From Ostreococcus tauri (taxonomy: Eukaryota): a stretch of 8,911 nucleotides of DNA. Each line of letters starts with the position of its first letter. Positions within the stretch are counted from its first letter, which is position 1. Location: NCBI GenBank assembly GCA_000214015.2, contig CAID01000001.2:759913-768823 (forward strand), given 5' to 3'. Under the pieces are notes generated by a model. It searched no databases. It worked only from the letters and a program-made list of their open reading frames with translations, and was not told the origin of the DNA. Positions 1 through 5,770 of this stretch are shown piece by piece. Position numbers and translations under genes: made by a program.

Positions 1-82
1 GGGGCGACGCGCGAGCGCGATCGAGGGGTGTTTCGACAAGCTTCGTCGAGGGATCGAGGGAAGGAAACGTGGACCGCGCGCG
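1..82 (+). promoter_or_regulatory. 5' flank / 5' UTR of the Ca2+-ATPase gene, with a reiterated TCGAGGG motif
   Basis: There is no ATG in 1..82. GATCGAGGG occurs at 19-27 and 52-60, and a third TCGAGGG at 46-52, all within 65 nt upstream of the ATG at 83. Any regulatory function is inferred from position only. Confidence 0.3.
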
Positions 83-3000
83 ATGGTGGCGGACGACGGG
101 ACGTGCGCGGCGTGGACGAAGAGCGTGGAGGAGACGCTGAGGCATCACGGCGTGCGCGCGTCGACGGGGGTGGATGCGGCGAGCGTGGAGGCGCGGCGGG
201 CGGAGGCGGGCGGGTTTAACGAGCTCGAGCGCGAGCCGGGTAAGCCGCTGTGGGAGCTCGTTTTGGAGCAGTTCGACGACGCGCTGGTGAAGGTGTTGTT
301 GCTCGCGGCGGCGGTGTCGTTCGCGCTGGCGTATTTTGAGAGCGGCGAGAGTGAGGGCGGGCACTCGTTCGCGGCGTACGTGGAACCGCTGGTCATCTTG
401 CTCATCTTAGTGCTGAACGCGATAGTCGGCGTTTGGCAAGAGAGCAACGCGGAGAATGCGCTTGAAGCGCTGAAGGAGATGCAAAGCGAGCACGCTAAAT
501 GCCTGCGCGATGGCGTGTGGAACGGCTCCCTGGCGGCGAGGGAGTTGGTGCCGGGAGACATTGTGGAGCTCAAGACGGGTGACCGTGTGCCGGCGGATTG
601 TAGAGTTATCAAGTTGAAGACGGCCACGGTTCGGGTCGAGCAGGCCTCTCTCACTGGAGAGTCAGTGGCCGTTGATAAACGAACCGACGCTGTACGCGAT
701 GCCGACATCGAGCTCCAAGGTAAGACGTGCATGATGTTCGCCGGCACGGCGGTGTCCAACGGAAGCTGCCTGTGCGTCGTAAACACGATCGGCATGGCCA
801 CGGAAATCGGTAAGATTCAGTCTCAGATTAAAGAGGCGAGCGAGGAGGAAGAGGACACGCCTCTGAAGCAAAAGTTGGATCGTTTCGGCGAGAGTCTGAC
901 GAAGATGATCGGCCTTATTTGTCTCATCGTTTGGTTGATCAACTACGAGCACTTCATCCAGTTTAGCTTCAAGGCTGGTTCCCCGATTCCGACCGTCACG
1001 TTCGATCTGGGCAAGTGCACGTACTACTTCAAGATTGCGGTCGCTCTGGCGGTGGCGGCGATCCCCGAGGGTTTACCCGCCGTGATCACGACGTGCTTGG
1101 CTTTGGGCACGAGAAAGATGGCGCAAAAAAATGCCATCGTCCGCAAACTTCCGAGCGTCGAGACGCTCGGCTGCACGAGCGTCATTTGCAGTGACAAGAC
1201 GGGAACATTGACAACGAACCAAATGTCGGTGGTCAAGCTCATCTCGGTTCGCAATGAGAAGAAGTTGGATCAGTACGAAGTTGAAGGGACGACGTACAAT
1301 CCTACCGAGGGCGGTGTCATTGGCATCCCAAAAAATCTGGATGCCAACTTGATTTCGATCGGAAAAGTTTCTGCGCTGTGCAATGGAGCGCACATAGAGT
1401 TCAAAAATGGCGCGTACAAGTGCGTCGGAGAACCGACGGAAGGGGCTCTCAAAGTGTTGTGTGAGAAGATAGGTCTGGAGAACATGCGCGGCGTCGAGGC
1501 GAAACGCGAATCTGATCCGGAGCAGAATGCGCAGATCGTGTGCGACATGATTGAAAGTACCTTTGACGTAAAAGCCATGTTGGAGTTTGATCGCGATCGC
1601 AAGTCGATGAGCGTGATCGCGGGTGAGAAGACGAAAGGAAAGCGCAACGGCTCATTGCGTGAGAATGAACTCCTCGTCAAGGGTGCGCCAGAAGTATTGC
1701 TCGAGCGATGCTCGAGCGTCCAGTTGCCAAACGGATCAACATTGCCGCTCTCTGCGTCGATGCGAAAAATGATTCTCGCCGAGCAAGCGAAGATGGCTCG
1801 TAGTGCGCTCAGATGCCTGGCGTTTGCCACCAAGTCTGCTCTCGGTGAGTTGTCATCTTATGATGGCACGGAGAAACACAAGGCGCACGCCGTTTTGAAG
1901 GATCCGTCGGCTTACGCATCGATCGAGTCTGACTTGACATTCGTCGGTATGGCTGGGTTGCGCGATCCTCCGAGACCGGAGGTCGCGGGTGCCATCGAAG
2001 ACTGCCACACGGCGGGCATCCGAGTCATCGTTATTACCGGCGACAACCAGCTCACCGCGGAGGCCATCTGCACTGAGATCGGCGTCTTCTCGAACCAAGC
2101 CGAGGTCAAGGGTCGATCTTTCACGGGTCGCGAATTTGCGGCTATGCCAAGGTCAAAGCAGCTCAAAATTCTCCAGGGTTCTGGTGGACGCGTTTTCAGC
2201 CGCGCCGAGCCAAAGCACAAGCAAGACATCGTGCGTCTTCTTCGCGACATGGGAGAGGTGGTCGCCATGACGGGCGATGGTGTGAACGACGCTCCGGCAT
2301 TGAAGCTTGCCGATATCGGCATCGCCATGGGTATCGCCGGCACAGAAGTCGCCAAAGAGGCGTCTGACATGGTCCTAGCAGACGACAATTTCAGCACCAT
2401 TGTCGAAGCGGTTTCCGAGGGTAGGAGCATATACAACAACATGAAGGCATTCATTCGATATATGATATCGTCGAACGTCGGTGAAGTCGTGAGTATCTTC
2501 CTCACCGCCGCGCTTGGCATCCCCGAGGGACTCGTCCCCGTCCAACTGCTTTGGGTAAATCTCGTCACTGATGGTCCGCCGGCAACTGCTCTCGGTTTCA
2601 ATCCGCCAGATAAGGATATCATGACCAAGCCACCTAGAAGGAAGGACGAAGATCTCCTGACCAACTGGGTCATGTTTAGGTACGCCGTGGTCGGGCTTTA
2701 CGTCGGTGTCGCGACCGTGGGTGCCTTTGTGATTTGGTTCACGCAAACGAGCTTCATGGGCATCGATTTGAGTGGAGACGGACACACCGCGGTGACGCTC
2801 ACGCAGCTCACCACCTGGGGTCAGTGCGCGAGCTGGAAGAACTTCAAGGGAGGTAAATTCACTGCAGGAGGAGTCACATACGATTACACTGGCAAAAACG
2901 CGTGCGAGTACTTCGAGGCGGGAAAAATTAAGGCGTCCACACTATCGCTCACCGTCCTCGTTGCCATCGAGATGTTCAACGCGCTTAACGCACTCTCTGA

Positions 3001-3277
3001 GGACGGGTCTTTGGTCATGATGCCGCCGTGGCGCAACCCGTATCTTCTTCTCGCCATGCTCGTCTCCTTCGGGTCGCACTTCGTGATCATGTACATACCG
3101 TACCTGGCTGACGTCTTCTCGATTGTTCCTCTCGATTTCAACGAATGGATGCTCGTCATGGCGTGCGCCGCGCCGGTGTGTCTCATCGACGAGGTGCTCA
3201 AGGTGTTCGGTCGCGCCGCGTCTCGTCGCGAGCTCAAAGCTCGCCTCAACCGATCGTCGTCGTTTTTTAGCGCGTGA
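83..3277 (+). CDS. P-type IIA Ca2+-transporting ATPase (SERCA / plant ECA type), complete, 1064 aa, no intron needed
   Basis: ATG at 83, TGA at 3275-3277. The translation carries the full P2A motif set. These are: TGES actuator motif (nt 653-664); [18 protein letters not shown] (M4 Ca-site Glu); phosphorylation motif [12 protein letters not shown] (Asp codon 1193-1195); KGAPE; DPPR; hinge [12 protein letters not shown] (from nt 2270); and the M5/M6 Ca-ligand blocks [14 protein letters not shown] and [20 protein letters not shown]. It also has the plant-ECA-like luminal loop with a Cys pair followed by [33 protein letters not shown]-ending codon bias is present in this frame. Confidence 0.97.
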   Translation: MVADDGTCAAWTKSVEETLRHHGVRASTGVDAASVEARRAEAGGFNELEREPGKPLWELVLEQFDDALVKVLLLAAAVSFALAYFESGESEGGHSFAAYVEPLVILLILVLNAIVGVWQESNAENALEALKEMQSEHAKCLRDGVWNGSLAARELVPGDIVELKTGDRVPADCRVIKLKTATVRVEQASLTGESVAVDKRTDAVRDADIELQGKTCMMFAGTAVSNGSCLCVVNTIGMATEIGKIQSQIKEASEEEEDTPLKQKLDRFGESLTKMIGLICLIVWLINYEHFIQFSFKAGSPIPTVTFDLGKCTYYFKIAVALAVAAIPEGLPAVITTCLALGTRKMAQKNAIVRKLPSVETLGCTSVICSDKTGTLTTNQMSVVKLISVRNEKKLDQYEVEGTTYNPTEGGVIGIPKNLDANLISIGKVSALCNGAHIEFKNGAYKCVGEPTEGALKVLCEKIGLENMRGVEAKRESDPEQNAQIVCDMIESTFDVKAMLEFDRDRKSMSVIAGEKTKGKRNGSLRENELLVKGAPEVLLERCSSVQLPNGSTLPLSASMRKMILAEQAKMARSALRCLAFATKSALGELSSYDGTEKHKAHAVLKDPSAYASIESDLTFVGMAGLRDPPRPEVAGAIEDCHTAGIRVIVITGDNQLTAEAICTEIGVFSNQAEVKGRSFTGREFAAMPRSKQLKILQGSGGRVFSRAEPKHKQDIVRLLRDMGEVVAMTGDGVNDAPALKLADIGIAMGIAGTEVAKEASDMVLADDNFSTIVEAVSEGRSIYNNMKAFIRYMISSNVGEVVSIFLTAALGIPEGLVPVQLLWVNLVTDGPPATALGFNPPDKDIMTKPPRRKDEDLLTNWVMFRYAVVGLYVGVATVGAFVIWFTQTSFMGIDLSGDGHTAVTLTQLTTWGQCASWKNFKGGKFTAGGVTYDYTGKNACEYFEAGKIKASTLSLTVLVAIEMFNALNALSEDGSLVMMPPWRNPYLLLAMLVSFGSHFVIMYIPYLADVFSIVPLDFNEWMLVMACAAPVCLIDEVLKVFGRAASRRELKARLNRSSSFFSA

Positions 3278-3336
3278 AGTGATTTTAATACACGCTACCG
3301 GTACGGTTATCCATCCGCCTCGCGCGCGTCGACCTC

Positions 3337-3651
3337 CTAGTGTCGTCCAGGGAACTTATCCACCATCTCCCCGATCACCGGCCCCGAGAGCTTGACGACG
3401 ATCCCCACGCACGTGAGCGCCAGCGCCGCGAACCCAGCCTTGAGCGCCGTCTCAAACGCCTCGCTCTCGAGCAAGTCATCCCTCGTCTCCACCGGTCGTC
3501 GAAAATCCGTCGTCGTCGCCTCGTCCTCCTCCGTCGTCGCCTCGGTCCGCACTCGGCGGTTCACGCCCATCGACGCGCGCGATCGCGCGGCGTTCGCGCG
3601 CGGCGACACGCGCGCGCGCGCCCAACGCGCGGGGACGGTCGTCGTCGACAT
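3337..3651 (-). CDS. Small orphan protein (104 aa): S/T/R/A-rich transit-peptide-like N-terminus, acidic stretch, one C-proximal hydrophobic helix
   Basis: Minus-strand ATG at 3651-3649; the track start at 3672 is GTG. TAG at 3339-3337. Codons are almost all G/C-ending (ACG, GCG, GAG, TCG), as in the confirmed genes. The protein is MSTTTVPARWARARVSPRANAARSRAS..TEATTEEDEATTTDF..AGFAALALTCVGIVVKLSGPVIGEMVDKFPGRH. I recognise no family. An alternative start is the internal Met at 3570-3568. Confidence 0.5.
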   Translation of the reverse strand: MSTTTVPARWARARVSPRANAARSRASMGVNRRVRTEATTEEDEATTTDFRRPVETRDDLLESEAFETALKAGFAALALTCVGIVVKLSGPVIGEMVDKFPGRH

Positions 3652-4873
3652 GTCGTCGAAGAGTGACGACACTTCGCGGTCGATGCGGGCGGTCGACGTC
3701 GCGCTCGACGCTCGAAGGATCGCGGACGCGCGCGAAGACGTCGTGCGTTGGATATCCGACGCGAACGCGGAGGACGACGCCCTGCGCGCGGCGTCGCGAG
3801 GGCAAAAGGGAGGGTCGATGGAATCATCGACGCGCGCGGAGACCGCGGCGGAGGCGGCGCGCGCGCGCGGAAACGCGTCGTATCGAGCCGGGAGGTACGA
3901 GGAGGCGATCGAGCACTACACCGAGAGCGCGGAGCGATCGGAGAGCGCGACGGCGCTCGCGAATCGATCGATGTGTTGGTTGAAGCTCGCGCGGTGGAGC
4001 GACGCCGAGGCGGATTGCGACGCGGCGGCGCGACTGGAGATGGATTGCGCGCTCAGGGTGAAGGTGTTGCAGCGGCGCGGGACGGCGAAGAGGGAGCTGG
4101 GAAAACTCTTGGAGAGCGTGATGGATTTCGAGGAGGCACTGCGGTACGAGCCGACGAGTAAGATTTTGCGCGAGGAGCGGGCGAGGAGTCAACGCGCGTT
4201 CGAGCTCGAGTCAAAGGTTCGACCGACGCAGACGCGATTTAGGATTCCGGTGGTGGAGTGTGACGACGATGACGGAGAGGACGAAAATGACGCGAGAGAC
4301 GCGAGCGACGACGCGGAGGCGTCGATGGACGTCGACGGGACCGAGCGCGTCGTCGAGGCGTCTTCGGCGACGGCGAGAGAGACGTCTCCACGGGCGAAAC
4401 CACCGGTCGCGCGCGACGAGACGTCCGCGCGCTCGGCGTCACCGGTGACCGACGACTTGGTGAACAGAGCGGCGGCGATCGCGGCGAGTCGACCGGTCTC
4501 GACGCCGAGAACCGGCGCCGAGTTTGAACGCGCGTACAGAGCGGAGATGAAGGCGGCCACGCCCGCGTCCGAGTCCCGTCGAGCCGACATCTTGCGTCTC
4601 GTGCCGCTCGACCGAATCACCACCATTTTCGCCGGCGGCATCGACCCCGACGTCCTCGCCGACGTCGTCACCATCGCCCTCGAGCGTTGGTTCCCCGCCG
4701 ACGCGGACGCCGCGCTCGCCTGGCTCGAGCGTCTCCGCGACGTCCCTCGCTTCGCCATATCCGTCGCCCTTCGACCTCGACGGGCGTCGCTTCGTCTCTC
4801 CAGCGCCTTCGACGCCGCGCCGGCGTCGTCGCACCCTCGCGCGCGCGCCATCCGACGCGCCCTCGCGGCGTGA
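3650..4873 (+). CDS. RPAP3-like TPR co-chaperone (one 3xTPR module, acidic linker, C-terminal RPAP3_C domain), 407 aa
   Basis: 3650 is the first in-frame ATG; the track ORF start at 3392 is TTG. TGA at 4871-4873. The TPR block is AEAARARGNASYRAGRYEEAIEHYTESAE..ANRSMCWLKLARWSDAEADCDAAARLE..KVLQRRGTAKRELGKLLESVMDFEEALRYEP, typical of Hsp70/Hsp90-binding TPRs. The C-terminus AEFERAYRAE..ILRLVPLDRITTIFAGGIDPDVLADVVTIALERWF..LERLRDVPRFAISVAL matches the RPAP3 C-terminal (monad-binding) domain pattern YEFEQAWR...RFDMAVMF. Confidence 0.85.
   Translation: MSSKSDDTSRSMRAVDVALDARRIADAREDVVRWISDANAEDDALRAASRGQKGGSMESSTRAETAAEAARARGNASYRAGRYEEAIEHYTESAERSESATALANRSMCWLKLARWSDAEADCDAAARLEMDCALRVKVLQRRGTAKRELGKLLESVMDFEEALRYEPTSKILREERARSQRAFELESKVRPTQTRFRIPVVECDDDDGEDENDARDASDDAEASMDVDGTERVVEASSATARETSPRAKPPVARDETSARSASPVTDDLVNRAAAIAASRPVSTPRTGAEFERAYRAEMKAATPASESRRADILRLVPLDRITTIFAGGIDPDVLADVVTIALERWFPADADAALAWLERLRDVPRFAISVALRPRRASLRLSSAFDAAPASSHPRARAIRRALAA
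3839..4177 (+). other. TPR module (three tetratricopeptide repeats) of the RPAP3-like protein
   Basis: Three consecutive 34-aa-type repeats with the G-N/Y-A-x-A-P pattern (GNASYRAGRYEEAIEHY; ANRSMCWLKLARWSDAEADCDAA; RRGTAKRELGKLLESVMDFEEAL). Boundaries are approximate. Confidence 0.75.
4505..4810 (+). other. RPAP3_C-like domain
   Basis: By eye, PRTGAEFERAYRAEMKA...LAWLERLRDVPRFAISVALRPRRASLRLSSAF matches the C-terminal domain shared by RPAP3 and SPAG1 proteins. Boundaries are approximate. Confidence 0.7.
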
Positions 4874-4978
4874 ACGGCGTCGTCGTCCCACGTCGCGCGC
4901 GATACCGTTACATCGCATGCAATACGACCGTTCCGATCGATCGCCCGAACCGTCGCCCGACCCGTGGGCGTCTTTTCG
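4874..4978 (+). promoter_or_regulatory. 105-bp tandem spacer: 3' end of the RPAP3-like gene plus promoter/5' UTR of the next gene; three Myb-core AACGG/CCGTT motifs
   Basis: AACGG at 4873-4877 (+, overlapping the TGA). CCGTT at 4905-4909 and 4928-4932 (AACGG on the minus strand). Function is not demonstrated. Confidence 0.25.
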
Positions 4979-5680
4979 ATGCGTGTGCGCGAACAGTACG
5001 CGCGACGGTTCGCCCCGACGCCCGTGGTCGATCGGCGACGGTTCGCTCGGCGTCGACGCGGCACATCGACGCGTCGACCGCGGATGCGGCGCGCGAAGCG
5101 ACGGAAGAGCGGCAACGGCCGCGTCGACGTCGATGCCGTCGACGGCGCGTCGAGCGACGAGAGCGACGGGTCGAGCGCGCGCGCGCGCTCGACGAGCTCG
5201 AGCGACGGTCGACGATCGTGGCGGTCGACCGCGAGCTCGACCGCGAGGATGACGTTGACGCGCGCGCGCGAGGGCGCGTTCGATGGATCGGACGAGGCGA
5301 GCGAGAACGAAGGAACGTCGAGAGAGGTGGTGGAGAAGATGCGGACGCATCGGGGGGAGGAACGACGACACGGTGGGTCGATGATGCTGCAATTGCTGGA
5401 TAACTTGGGAGAGCTGCGATTGGACGGAGACGGTCTGGGCGAGCCGGCGATGGTGTTCCTGTACACGGAGGATGGGGTGGAACAAGTGGTGAATTCACAC
5501 TCGGGCGTGGGGCGTCAGAGCGCGATCGGAAGGCTGAGGGAGAAAGCCGTAGCACACGATGGAGATAGCGAGAACGAGGGAGCGGCTGGCTCGCTTCGGT
5601 CGGAAACCGGGCATTTCTTTTCCACGGAGTTGGAGAACTCGAGAGATGAGAGTAAGCGCGTGGACGAGGACTCGAAATAA
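4979..5680 (+). CDS. Orphan protein, 233 aa: Arg-rich basic N-terminus, Ser/Asp/Glu acidic tracts, less biased C-terminal third
   Basis: ATG at 4979; the track start at 4964 is GTG. TAA at 5678-5680. This frame shows the same G/C-ending codon bias as the confirmed genes. The ORF ends exactly at the AT-richer convergent 3' zone (5681-5770). The competing minus ORFs are P/S/R-rich antisense shadows. I recognise no family. Start codon choice is uncertain; internal Mets exist. Confidence 0.5.
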   Translation: MRVREQYARRFAPTPVVDRRRFARRRRGTSTRRPRMRRAKRRKSGNGRVDVDAVDGASSDESDGSSARARSTSSSDGRRSWRSTASSTARMTLTRAREGAFDGSDEASENEGTSREVVEKMRTHRGEERRHGGSMMLQLLDNLGELRLDGDGLGEPAMVFLYTEDGVEQVVNSHSGVGRQSAIGRLREKAVAHDGDSENEGAAGSLRSETGHFFSTELENSRDESKRVDEDSK

Positions 5681-5770
5681 CAAAGTATGTACCATTCGAC
5701 GGAATAATTGTACCGTTAGGTTGATTTACACTCATGTCAATTGTAACATGAAACTAGCACGCGACGCACA
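5681..5770. terminator. Convergent 3' UTR / polyadenylation zone shared by the 4979..5680 (+) and 5771..7501 (-) genes
   Basis: This is the most AT-rich stretch of the window, only 90 bp between the two stop codons. On the plus strand, TGTAC lies at 5688-5692 and 5709-5713, and TGTAA at 5742-5746. TGTAA on the minus strand lies at 5730-5726. UGUAA is the polyadenylation element described in chlorophyte algae. Cleavage sites are not determinable from sequence. Confidence 0.4.

Noticed and set aside
145-3249. Multiple 100-250-aa minus-strand ORFs inside the Ca2+-ATPase gene (145..801, 1270..1833, 1912..2673, 2884..3249 and others).
   Set aside because: They are antisense to a full-length, motif-complete P-type ATPase. 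They have Ser/Thr/Ala/Arg-rich compositions with no recognisable domains, which is the expected shadow of G/C-ending codon usage.
3609-3620. Alternating (CG)5-7 tracts as potential Z-DNA or regulatory elements (3609-3620, 3857-3869, 5175-5188, 5259-5270, 7281-7290).
   Set aside because: All of them lie inside coding frames, where they are read as Ala-Arg repeats in low-complexity protein segments. They fit the general GC/CpG-rich composition, and nothing in their positions suggests a dedicated function.
3392-3649. 86-codon N-terminal extension of the RPAP3-like ORF, as drawn in the ORF track.
   Set aside because: The track start is TTG, and there is no ATG before 3650. The peptide is low-complexity (S/A/V/R). 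Its third codon positions coincide with those of the minus-strand gene 3337..3651, the classic antisense-shadow frame in GC3-rich DNA.
4189-5466. 425-aa minus-strand ORF, together with the overlapping minus ORFs 4439..5485 and 4908..5735.
   Set aside because: This ORF runs antisense through the homology-supported RPAP3_C region. Its third positions align with both plus genes, which share one frame (3650 and 4979 are congruent mod 3). The product is P/S/R/A-rich with no motifs. The other two minus ORFs are similarly low-complexity.
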